The position numbers were made by a program, and so were the translations under genes. A model generated the notes under the pieces. That model did not search any database. It was not told the DNA's origin and saw nothing but the letters and a program-made list of their open reading frames with translations. Shown here piece by piece: positions 9,001 to 14,748 of a DNA stretch of 35,194 nucleotides; position 1 is the first letter of the stretch, and each line of letters opens with the position of its first letter. This stretch comes from a virus (Duplodnaviria; Caudoviricetes), in the IMG/VR virus record IMGVR_UViG_3300042564_001419, positions 1 to 35,194 of that record; one strand, given 5' to 3'.

Positions 9001-9743
9001 CGCGCGAAGGACTCTCCGCCTTCGAAGCCGGCACGCCGGGCCTCGTCGTACTCCTTGCTGGCAGTCATGCCGTACAGGGCGCCGAGCGTTGCGCGGACGC
9101 TGCCAGTGGCCACGCCGATGCCTAGGCTTGGCAGGTTGGCGACAACGCTCTCGCCGACGCCTGCCACCATTTTGTTCACATAGTCGGTCTGGTTGCCGAC
9201 GGTGTTCTCGCCGAACTGGTCAGCCTTACTCGTGGCGCGACGCAGGAAGTCGCTCGCCTCGTCTGCGCCGATCGCGTCGGTGACCATCGAGGCAGCGCCG
9301 GGCAAGACGGTGGAGAGACCGACGGCACCCTTGGCCGCGCCCTTCACGAACGCCTGCGCGCCGGTGCGCTTGCCGAGCACCCCGTCGATCGCCTCGCCGA
9401 CGACCATGCCAACCTCGGCCGATCCGGTCAGCGGCTTGATCTCGGCGCGACTGCGGCGCGGCGCGGCTGCCGCGGCCTCACCGGCGCGGATGGTGCGGGA
9501 GTCTGCAGCGAAGTCGATCTTGTACGCAGGGTCAGGCGTCGACAGCGGGTCTGCCGTGACCTTGGCTCGCTCGCCAGAGAAGTTGCGGTCGGCCCGCTGC
9601 TGCTGCTGCACCCGCTGGCCGAAGAAACTCTTAGCCCGGTCGATGATGCCCGGTGCGGGCGCCTCGCTGGGCAAGTCATCAAACGACAAAGCGCCCGAAG
9701 GCGCGTTGTTCTCATCTGGCAAGTCGTCGAAATTCAGAGACAT
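1..9743 (-). CDS. Giant polyvalent internal virion/ejection protein (>3,240 aa, 3' end beyond window), intein-containing
   Basis: ATG at 9743 overlaps the upstream stop (TGATG) and begins MSLNFDDLPDENN. No minus-strand ORF in the track terminates in this frame below 9743, and hand translation is open. Motifs: ParB-like VVDGHRR (~8100) and VVDGHHQW (~7680), HEGYH..EEMMA zincin (7032-7046), HhH-like domain (~5790-6300), HDAFGH domain (~3810-4600), ART-PolyVal (~3370-3790). Confidence 0.9.
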   Translation of the reverse strand, partial: MSLNFDDLPDENNAPSGALSFDDLPSEAPAPGIIDRAKSFFGQRVQQQQRADRNFSGERAKVTADPLSTPDPAYKIDFAADSRTIRAGEAAAAAPRRSRAEIKPLTGSAEVGMVVGEAIDGVLGKRTGAQAFVKGAAKGAVGLSTVLPGAASMVTDAIGADEASDFLRRATSKADQFGENTVGNQTDYVNKMVAGVGESVVANLPSLGIGVATGSVRATLGALYGMTASKEYDEARRAGFEGGESFARANIMAAAEVLGERFGLTEQLNVIRAGLGKVATKDLPKMLGIQLVKEIPGEQLTTAIQFAADKYGPAAMNPQATFADYLQQAADTAVQTVGQGLVFGAPAGVRSAAQRAGQTYRDAEAAINYTAGQPAAPSALTDSLIASEIDNADVSAMPQQPVRAISRPVVFTSPESRSAGLPDLIVPTAPQAGQNDAGAPTVQPLAQTQDADPVADMPGLEAENEAKVGSWLKLPYPDARGTPVAQVRELPVGALYLPELTEDGQLQPEKRAQLDAYTQRAAAGETPPNISVVEMEDGRLRVVDGHRRVMAARAAGVDTIRATVSPLMDHPDGRVPMVAEAIGAPQARAPEAKAPEPAVTDWQAFPPAAKSLGIPRAEMPQVPAEQREALVSHLEDKGISTTQEVVQADSLKATQAEVSPSKVEAARAQGDTGRRVLVSSDGYVVDGHHQWAAADGGPVRVTRLNAPIASLLPEVRSFAGTTIDTATASPGVPASLQAQMPQAEAAQPTVDTPPASPGVSKAQAAIDKLAAAQAAGIERATGGATTVKTTEPVVTTAGTGTPELGMDTQAGLAQSLADGRRIARGETVKIEPVAADDSVATKLTKVLSATLGRPVWFFKATSGKTSMNAANQTITVNGKKVQATAIRIDASDAPIALAVHEGYHGLDKDLKQRAHDAVFGGDAPLVSAEERERFKSKYPGYADEKVDEEMMAFMSQQAAKERSFWEKLRDKVGDDDFGQIAGAILKSLEKMVSAFRGANEANYARDMQAVYDVLSDVFAEQVKRKGFDGKKGDADAAADTDYADAERGKAETVGGYEARAFKDGSIRITGDAAEIRAKLPDGVVGRDTKQGLVFTATDAPRVRRALEGNNLAYSRAGEVLDKLPMRAGKYVGAPAKFDTPGKIPHLRKLLMKLTLEGERGRFWYENSSREVLRMAGGNVQEARKFVALLAIYSPQAKVDANTTFALRAWAQYKAGQPISVKTGVMDAKAKAALDDVDAFWSGEKTGNFFHNLLREIDPSTEGKQGATIDMWMMRAGQYDNDAPTSTQYAFMENETNRIAAEMGWEPQQVQAAIWVAMKARMENEGVKKDTEASSEKKGWIRFDKKRDEDGKQKKVRVILDAQRHRDNWLKHSFDHVPTEADTSKAKFDFADGLLRHIGQISFEARPGRTSGSLPGIHDAPYAQQVEFQQAVQAAMLDDQGRDLLAHYLGLMVDNDILAPGVWQGEVSPSSQKMVAMAPAKGDAGKTRVDPAQAQALNVYASVLGLVARQEGVGWHRPFYASTKAQANGVELDIGRPLNPREVADLERAVGKWMDANGKADWQSKFAFISAPTGIRLVNFGIIENRQLHADIVKVAGDVLPDGTMRQFASDGDMPTNDWKEYPNGQIYRQRISASGRSDVLDWARTVLAPRVQRVFDDFSERYGWGDAGTIDFSDQEGAGVGERASGRRVPSGQDAAPEQTASGAGQAAAQTAAGRQAQVGEFDPLPGAPRVRGFTGPDPRLVAVAKSYADSVGIKLERQSSYAEVDPARAARIAQAYEDMPHAPRDPAVREAYENLIKQTTAQYQALVAAGYKFWFMDMGRADNQEYASTPWNAMRDIRANQTMGVFPTEGGFGSGDFDPAGNPLLADTGFTWPVGDLGGPRKRVLANDLFRAVHDAFGHGLEGAGFRAQGEENAWQAHTRLFTGSALGAITSETRGQNSWLNYGPHGEANRTAQVEDTVFADQKTGLMPSWTWEDGRIDFSDQTETEAFKRWFGDSKVVDADGKPLVVYHGTNAGDFSVFNVDGNWGDEVGAFFTTDPGEASSYGSESGANVRPVYLTISNPYTVTDRQWAANEGLSPRDARDAGYDGYVIEQRSGARHFVAFRPEQIKSAIGNRGTFDPADARIDFSDKSTDSWGISRNEVGQLRLGAGSKLYRAIADIANTILTKFSMRPMTKEMSRYMRKMKQEIAAAQELISDVADGMSTMSEGERMMISDIVEKELNARIRPPAEVLKMAQSISAIMSAQSTELVRLGMLSQEAVDAWSGRYLPRFYESKLRTKTGNAWEAAAAALTRRPRALKGISGGNLKRRGMVKTIMAADLAEWEAEGWKLEPGYDPETDVYLNVHRDFTREERDNMGEIRDAMFRFVMGYNNSQKDIALGRMYESMANDPELAAKGPRTDTKDVWVQVPKTKVEDTKANVYGKLAGMYVPEHVLAHLTAGRMFQDDAAEAVFQAYRKGLALWKEGKALALDTPIPTPTGWTTMGDIKEGDKIFDENGAVCDVVFTTPVQHGRKCYVVEFSDGEKITADAEHLWFTVAQGKPGVRTTEQILATLKYGGARNNNVHSIPVAGALQTEAADLPVHPYFIGAWLGDGSSRSSAITSSVEDAPEIQANLARFGFGIGGQRKDPRGLAITYTVGFSGYRQRKDLLAPTLSRLGLKLNKHIPQAYLRASPDQRMLLLQGLMDTDGTIDEAGKVTFCTASEVLRDNFLELVASLGFKAVATLKEVVMPGSGVICKAWNIRFHAPSERPVFLLPRKAARQRPALTQRKSRALTRQVVNITMIDSVPVRCIQVSSESRLYLAGRSMIPTHNTVLNPVSHMNNIVSNLTMAHFAGVSYWDQHKYIGAARDLIKRDPMVKEGVDAGLFGGTFNDEELLQNMPEQLRLLAGKAEDKIEKGINATWNALAWWMRKPLGTAYEAEDKFFRYLLYRDARKRGLDPDDAVDWAMTYIFAYDDLPKGARIVRDFALPFFSYTYKFVPAAVRTALETPWRVAAPAGLIMGLNTLMYAIAGDEDDEETSLELLKRWATDPEYRAKVAEQEKLERENLPIWMRGQSAFFTEKTIRLGQDDATGLPLFLDIARFIPGGDLFDANNNAGGVSILQPLTPSNPLLTSFGAMIMNRDMFTGRDVVDKDDTTGEAAQKRAEWLWRQFSPAIALNSYHWDRSMQMLAYSTGEVIPGIGKDYTGFGRDGLPVQPKHAIPQTLGIKVRPIDLDSSEQIDAGQRRQLIANLEADIKRTRRLAAKMG
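1308..2342 (-). mobile_element. Class 3 (Ala1) intein with LAGLIDADG homing endonuclease, 345 aa, in frame in the giant protein
   Basis: N-junction WKEGK|ALALDTPIPTPTGWTTMGDI; block B ADAEHLWFT; endonuclease motifs PYFIGAWLGDG and LLLQGLMDTDG; block F VPVRCIQV; C-junction MIPTHN|TVLNP. The Trp/Cys/Thr (WCT) triplet of class 3 inteins is present. Confidence 0.93.
3369..3794 (-). other. ADP-ribosyltransferase domain (ART-PolyVal-like) within the giant protein
   Basis: FKRWFGDSKVVDADGKPLVVYHGT..GAFFTTDPGEASSYG..VRPVYL..NP..GYDG..FVAFRPEQIKSAIGNRGTFDP, the characteristic motif series of this family. Confidence 0.85.
4586..4876 (-). CDS. Putative nested out-of-frame small protein (96 aa) inside the giant gene
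   Basis: AAGGAG (4884-4889) lies 7 nt upstream of ATG 4876. The product reads MGKFTDKGLVPPDDPMFSTGPELFSR...KLPPGVKRK, with stop TAG at 4586. Confidence 0.5.
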   Translation of the reverse strand: MGKFTDKGLVPPDDPMFSTGPELFSRRGSSASSTTSASATDGATQAPSTSATKRAPESVNEQADGAYRLAKMQHQNKQLLAQGKPQPKLPPGVKRK

Positions 9744-10954
9744 CAGAGACCTTCGGTGCTGTACCCGTTTTCCTTCATCCGCTGAATGACTGCAGCCCGG
9801 TTCTTGCCGGCCGCAATCGCAGCCTTGGCCTGGGCCAGTGCGTCAGCCTGGGATGGTTTTGCGCCATTCTGCGTTGGCCTCGGGGTGGCTGGAGAAGGCG
9901 ACGCCTGATCTGCCGGCCTTGCGTTGCCGCCCTCTTTGGCCGCAAGCCTCTCTTCGAGCCTTGACGAAACGTCCTGCAGGCTCCGCCGCGCGCTGGCCAC
10001 ATCCGCAGCCAGTTGGTCGCGCTGGGCTTTCAGCTTCTCCCTCCCAGGTCGGTCGACGTTGGTGTTGACCTTGTCGAACTCGGTTAGGGCCTTGCGCGCG
10101 TCTTTGAGGGTTTCCTCACCAGACTTGCGCAGCTGCTGGATTGTGTTCAGGCTGTCGTCCTTCGCGCCGGCTGCAGCCCTCCCTGCGTCTGCGGCGTGCT
10201 TGCCCGCGCTCGCACGCTCGTCCGCCGCCTTGGCCTTACCGAGATCGTTCAGCGTCTGCTTGCCGGTGCTCTTGTCAATCGCGCCAGCCTCGCCCATGTT
10301 GTCGTAAAGCCCCTTGCCGCCGGTCGCCAGATAGGCGCGGCTCGCGTCCTCCGGCTTGACGTTGCCGGTCATGATGCCGGTGCGGACGTCCATGTCGCGC
10401 ACAGTCTCGCGCCCATCGGCCACAGCCTTGTAGTCGCCGCGGTGCGTCAGCTCTGCAGCGATCTCGGCCATGACCTTGCGCTTGGCCGCGCGCCAGCCGT
10501 CGAAGCCGTTGGGCAAAACCCGCTGCATGGTCGGCACACCAGGGCCATGACCTTGCGGTCGCTCGCCCTCCACCATCGTGTCGCGCTCGTAGGCCGACCA
10601 GTCGCCGGTCTGCTCTGCCTTGAGGAATGCGTCGAACGCGGGCTCGCTCATGTCCATGCGCGCGGCCGCGCCGAGCTTGACGATGCCACCGGGGACAAGC
10701 TCAAGCGGCGCATTGCCGCCCTTTCCGCCCCCAGATCCGCCAGCCTGCGCGGCGGCCAGTCGAGCCTCGTTCAGTGCGCGCTGGTTCTCCAGGCGCTCAC
10801 GGTTCATCATCTCGTTGGAGCGCATGCGCTCCTCGGCCAGCCGCTCGCGCTCGGCGCCCTGCTGGCTTGCCATCTGCGCGCTGCCGTATGCAGCCGCTGC
10901 TCGCCCGATGCCGTCGAAGATGGCACCGGCCATGATTCCCTTGCCGCCTCGCAT
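9743..10954 (-). CDS. Putative ejection/internal virion protein (403 aa, coiled coil)
   Basis: Start re-assigned to ATG 10954 (TGATG overlap, MRGGKGIMAG). Ala/Gln/Arg-rich helical protein directly upstream of the giant gene. Confidence 0.7.
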   Translation of the reverse strand: MRGGKGIMAGAIFDGIGRAAAAYGSAQMASQQGAERERLAEERMRSNEMMNRERLENQRALNEARLAAAQAGGSGGGKGGNAPLELVPGGIVKLGAAARMDMSEPAFDAFLKAEQTGDWSAYERDTMVEGERPQGHGPGVPTMQRVLPNGFDGWRAAKRKVMAEIAAELTHRGDYKAVADGRETVRDMDVRTGIMTGNVKPEDASRAYLATGGKGLYDNMGEAGAIDKSTGKQTLNDLGKAKAADERASAGKHAADAGRAAAGAKDDSLNTIQQLRKSGEETLKDARKALTEFDKVNTNVDRPGREKLKAQRDQLAADVASARRSLQDVSSRLEERLAAKEGGNARPADQASPSPATPRPTQNGAKPSQADALAQAKAAIAAGKNRAAVIQRMKENGYSTEGL

Positions 10955-11430
10955 CACATCTCCTGTTCGGCTGCCTCGTCGAGCACCGCGCCCGCTTGGC
11001 CGCCCTGATTCATCTGGGCCATTGCTTGCTTGATCTGGGTGGTGTCCATACCCTGCTCGGCCAGGAAGCGCTCCAGCATCGTGCTGAATGCCTCCGACAC
11101 CACGTTGCCGTCGACCTTGACGCCGGCGGCCTCGGCCACCTCGGACACTTCGGTCAGCACCTCGATGGCGAAGTCGACCAGCAGCTCGTCGGGGATCTCG
11201 CCCATCGTCCGCTCGTCGGCGATCTCGACGATCTTGTAGGCCTGCTCGGCGATCGACTGGGCCGGGTTGTCGCCGGAGGCCAGCACCTTGGCGATGTCCT
11301 TCGCGCCGCCCTGCTCGTAGAGTGCCTGACGCACCACCTGCAGGCCCGCGTCGAACGCCTCGTTGCCGCTGCGCTCGTCCGGCTCTTGCTCGGGCGCTGG
11401 TGCTGCACCCTTGTCCATGATGCCCTGCAT
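10954..11430 (-). CDS. Acidic hypothetical protein in ejection cluster (158 aa)
   Basis: Protein-like ORF coupled to both neighbours. Confidence 0.8.
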   Translation of the reverse strand: MQGIMDKGAAPAPEQEPDERSGNEAFDAGLQVVRQALYEQGGAKDIAKVLASGDNPAQSIAEQAYKIVEIADERTMGEIPDELLVDFAIEVLTEVSEVAEAAGVKVDGNVVSEAFSTMLERFLAEQGMDTTQIKQAMAQMNQGGQAGAVLDEAAEQEM

Positions 11431-11432
11431 GA

Positions 11433-12152
11433 TCAGCCCCTCGGTGCCATGATGCCGCCGCCAAACAGTGGCGTGCCGACGTTTCGGTTGTACAGGTTGC
11501 GGTCGTCGACCTTGGCCTGCTCTTGTGCCTGGATCTGCTTCTTGGCCGAGTAGCCCTGGCCCACCGCGGACAGCAGCTGGCCACCGGCTTGCAGGGCCAT
11601 GCCCTGGCCGGCGGTCAGGCCGGCTGATGCCGCCTTCGTGGCGGGCGCCATGATCCCGGCAGAGCCTGCATAGATGTTGCCGCTCGTGGCCAATGCCTGA
11701 TTGGCTGCGGTCTGGAATGCCGCGTCTGCCGCGGCGCCAGTCAGGGGCTGGGCCAGCGTGCCGGTCAGCGTAGGCGCGACCGCAGCGATGGTGCCAGCGC
11801 CTGCGGCATGGGCGCCCATGATCCCCTGGCTGAGTGCCGAGCCAGCGCCTGACAGGCTGCCAGCACCGACCGCGGCTTTGATGCCGCCAAGCGCAGACGA
11901 TAGGCCCGCGCTCGCCCCTGATAGGGCGCCAGACATGGCCCCTGAGATCGTGCCCCAGAACCCTGTGCCTGCTGCCGCTCCAGCCGTCGCGCCGCCAATC
12001 GCACCGAGTGCCGCGCCGCCGGTCAGGTAGATCGCGGCCGCGCCGATGATCAGCTTGCCGATCTTCGACTTGGCCACCTTCTTGACGGCATTGACGGTGC
12101 CCTTGACAACCTTACTCACGGCACGGCCGGCTTGTTTCACTACCTTGCTCAT
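11433..12152 (-). CDS. Gly/Ala-rich ejection (DNA transfer/pilot) protein, 239 aa
   Basis: Start re-assigned to ATG 12152 (ATGA overlap, MSKVVKQAGRAVSKVVK). Basic amphipathic N-terminus followed by a hydrophobic Gly/Ala tract, typical of P22 gp7-like pilot proteins. Confidence 0.7.
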   Translation of the reverse strand: MSKVVKQAGRAVSKVVKGTVNAVKKVAKSKIGKLIIGAAAIYLTGGAALGAIGGATAGAAAGTGFWGTISGAMSGALSGASAGLSSALGGIKAAVGAGSLSGAGSALSQGIMGAHAAGAGTIAAVAPTLTGTLAQPLTGAAADAAFQTAANQALATSGNIYAGSAGIMAPATKAASAGLTAGQGMALQAGGQLLSAVGQGYSAKKQIQAQEQAKVDDRNLYNRNVGTPLFGGGIMAPRG

Positions 12153-12601
12153 TTCTGCCTCACATAAACCAGATTGGTCGATGACCGGGTGAACCCGAGG
12201 CGGCGCAAGAAGCGCAGCGCACGCGGGTCGATGGATGGCTCGCACTCGATCACGGCCAGCTTGATCAGCGGCCGCCCGCGGATCCACTCGGCCAGTTGGC
12301 GCAGCAGCGCAATGCCAGCTCCAGGGACGCGGGACCAGAACAGGATCATGCTGGCCTGCCAGCCGCGGAACCAGAAGCCACGCGCCGCAGTAGCGGCGAC
12401 ACACGCCACCACTTTGCCGTCGACCTCGGCCACCCAGACGAACTGCGTCGCCACGCCGATCATCGACTTGGCCATGTCGCGCATGGCGCCCTGGTCGATG
12501 GTGACGGGCAACGGGTCGACGGTCGTGACCGACTCGACTGCCAGCTCGATGATCGAGTCGATGTCAGATGTGCGCGCCGCGCGGATGCTGAAGCTACTCA
12601 C
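12149..12601 (-). CDS. GNAT-fold acetyltransferase-like protein
   Basis: IRAARTSDIDSIIEL..VWVAEVDGKVVA..GAGIALLRQL..FLRRLGF. Its position beside ejection genes is typical of podoviruses. Confidence 0.8.
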   Translation of the reverse strand: MSSFSIRAARTSDIDSIIELAVESVTTVDPLPVTIDQGAMRDMAKSMIGVATQFVWVAEVDGKVVACVAATAARGFWFRGWQASMILFWSRVPGAGIALLRQLAEWIRGRPLIKLAVIECEPSIDPRALRFLRRLGFTRSSTNLVYVRQK

Positions 12602-13837
12602 TTAGGGTGCGTCTTTCCGCCAGTCGTCGTGGTGCCAGCCACCGCCGCCCCACTGCGCGAGTGGTGGTGTAGCCGACGCGCCAGGGGCCGTTGCGCCAGC
12701 GGCGGCGCCCGGCGCAGGAGTCTGTGCCGGCGGCTGCGCAGGAGTCGACCCAGGCATCTGGAACTTCGGCAGCGTCACGCCATACATCTTCTCGTACATG
12801 GCCGCGGTCGCGTTGGAGTTGTCCACCACGTTCTTGATCGCGCCCTGCTTCGCCTCCGGCGACAGGTTGCCATCGGCCAGGATCTGGTTGATCCGGTCGG
12901 TCGTGATCGTGGCCAGCTCGGCCTGCCGCTGCGACGGGATGTTCTTGTTCGCTAGCTCGTTCTGGTAGCCGAGTTGCTTGAGTGCGTTGTCGTGCGAATC
13001 CTTGGCTCGCTGCTCGGCCGCCTCACGGTCGGCCTTGGCCTGACGCTCCTGCGCGGCGATCTGCTCTGCCTGTCGCTTCTCCATGCCCTGCTCCTGCAGT
13101 TGCTGGATGCGCTCTTGCTGCTCTCGGTTGGCCTTGTTCTCGGCTGCGCTGAATTGCTGCTGCTCCCTGTTGGCCTTCTCTTGCGCGGCGATCTGCTCGG
13201 CCTGCCGCTTGTCCATGCCTTGCTCTTGCAGCATCTGGACGCGCTCTTGATGCTCTCGGCTCGCCCTGTTCTCTGTAGCCGTGAACTGTTGCTGACTGCT
13301 CAGTCGCTTGTCCTCACCCATCTGCTGCACCATGATGCCGCCGAGCTGGTTGTAGTTGTTGGCGTTGGCGATGTTTACAGCGTTCTGCGCATTCTGGTTG
13401 TCGCGCGCCGCACCGTCGTAGATGTTTGCGTCAGAAGTGGCAATCGGGGTGGCTCGGTCGATCAGCGCGCCGTGCGCGTTCCCGACCGCAATTGAGCTGT
13501 TGCCCAGGCCCATGTCGGCTGCTAGCGCCAGTGCGTTGGCGCGGGCTCGCTGCATGTGCACACCGTCGGCGGCCAGGATCGAGTCGAGCTGGCCAGACAC
13601 CGTGCCGGTCTTCTGGTCGACCGTGCGGGTAGCGGCGCTGGCGCTGCTGAACTTGTAGCCATCGGGTCCGAACACCTCGACGCCTATCTTTGGCTGGGCC
13701 ATGATGCCGCCCGACGTCACGGGTGATGGAGTCGTCGCAGGCGCAGGCTGCGCCCCGATGATCCCAGGCGCGGGCGCTGCCGGGGTCTTGACGTCGATGC
13801 CGGCGATGCCGTTGATTGTCGCGCCGCCCGCCATCAC
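12602..13837 (-). CDS. Putative internal virion/ejection protein (411 aa) with Gln/Glu coiled-coil duplication
   Basis: Low-complexity Gln/Ala-rich ORF with a tandem ~44-aa repeat (QQF..ENxAxRExQERxQxLQEQGMxKRQAEQIAAQE). Confidence 0.7.
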   Translation of the reverse strand: MMAGGATINGIAGIDVKTPAAPAPGIIGAQPAPATTPSPVTSGGIMAQPKIGVEVFGPDGYKFSSASAATRTVDQKTGTVSGQLDSILAADGVHMQRARANALALAADMGLGNSSIAVGNAHGALIDRATPIATSDANIYDGAARDNQNAQNAVNIANANNYNQLGGIMVQQMGEDKRLSSQQQFTATENRASREHQERVQMLQEQGMDKRQAEQIAAQEKANREQQQFSAAENKANREQQERIQQLQEQGMEKRQAEQIAAQERQAKADREAAEQRAKDSHDNALKQLGYQNELANKNIPSQRQAELATITTDRINQILADGNLSPEAKQGAIKNVVDNSNATAAMYEKMYGVTLPKFQMPGSTPAQPPAQTPAPGAAAGATAPGASATPPLAQWGGGGWHHDDWRKDAP

Positions 13838-14112
13838 TTGCCACCCTTGGTCTTTTCGCGCAGCTCTGTGCGCAACTCGCGGATCTCCGTCAGGATCTCG
13901 ACCTTGATGTCCTTGGTGTCGCGCTCGATGCGCGCGACGTCGACACGCAGCTGGTCGATCTTCGCGGTGTGCTCGCGGTCATTGGCAACCATCGTTGCAT
14001 AGACGGCACTGACAGCGGCAAGCATGCCGATGGCTTGCAGGATGACCGGGACGGTCATTGCCTGCTTCGAGTTGACATTGACGTCCATGTGCTCTGGCGA
14101 CCGTGCGCTCAT
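13834..14112 (-). CDS. Single-TM plus coiled-coil protein, possible holin-like (92 aa)
   Basis: RBS TAAGGA precedes ATG 14112. TM segment VPVILQAIGMLAAVSAVYATMV is followed by a heptad coiled coil. Confidence 0.55.
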   Translation of the reverse strand: MSARSPEHMDVNVNSKQAMTVPVILQAIGMLAAVSAVYATMVANDREHTAKIDQLRVDVARIERDTKDIKVEILTEIRELRTELREKTKGGK

Positions 14113-14122
14113 TCGCTTTTCC

Positions 14123-14419
14123 TTAATCGCGCGGATTATCTTGGTGGGCTTGGCTGCATTGATTCCCGACGCCTGATGTGCCCACATAGCTGGCAGGCAG
14201 GTGGCGACGACGTTGTTCGGACTCATAGGCTTCCTCGCAGTGGTTTGGCTGCCAGAAAAACAGTGCGTCGATCACGACGCGGGTGCGCGCCCAGGCCTTG
14301 CTCTCGCTCCTGCTGCGCCACGCGTGCGCACTCAGGGTCTCGTCGGCCCAGCCGTCTTTGGTGAAGCAGTTGGCAAACTGGTCGAGTGCGATGACTGCTT
14401 GCCACAGGTTGCGCCTCAT
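14123..14419 (-). CDS. Conserved phage hypothetical protein (98 aa)
   Basis: IALDQFANC..GWADETLSAHAWR..IDALFFWQPNHCEEAYESE, a motif common in small genes next to phage tail modules. Confidence 0.8.
   Translation of the reverse strand: MRRNLWQAVIALDQFANCFTKDGWADETLSAHAWRSRSESKAWARTRVVIDALFFWQPNHCEEAYESEQRRRHLPASYVGTSGVGNQCSQAHQDNPRD
14135..14178 (-). promoter_or_regulatory. Putative late promoter, copy 4
   Basis: CATCAGgcGTCGG, with GATAAT beginning 30 nt after the G of GTCG. Confidence 0.65.
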
Positions 14420-14748
14420 CAGCCCTCGCCGGGTCTCGGGTCGGCCAGCATCTGCTGCACCTTCTCTGCCGTGAACGGCCCGCTGTCGGGTAGCCCAGGC
14501 ACGGGCGCCGGCAGGCTCTGTGCGACCAGCAGGTTCAGCATCACCGGAAGATCGGCCCGGTCAAGGTCCACATAGGCCCGGTTGTTCAGCATCTCGCGCA
14601 GCCCGATGCACAGTGGGTGCGACGAGACGGCGATTGCGGTGACGAGACCCAGGCCGAGCCGGTCCTTCCAGTCGCCTTCGGTGATGCGGCGCTGGGGCGG
14701 CGAGCCACCGCCAGTGGCCTGCGGGAAAATCGTGTCGAAGCCCATCAT
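14419..14748 (-). CDS. Hypothetical protein, possible fibre assembly chaperone (109 aa)
   Basis: ATGA-coupled to the upstream BNR protein; contains RAYVDLDRADL. Confidence 0.65.
   Translation of the reverse strand: MMGFDTIFPQATGGGSPPQRRITEGDWKDRLGLGLVTAIAVSSHPLCIGLREMLNNRAYVDLDRADLPVMLNLLVAQSLPAPVPGLPDSGPFTAEKVQQMLADPRPGEG

Noticed and set aside
9743-11584. 613-aa and 323-aa (11433-12404) ORF-track calls
   Set aside because: The N-terminal extensions overlap real genes in other frames. Coupled starts at 10954 and 12152 fit better.
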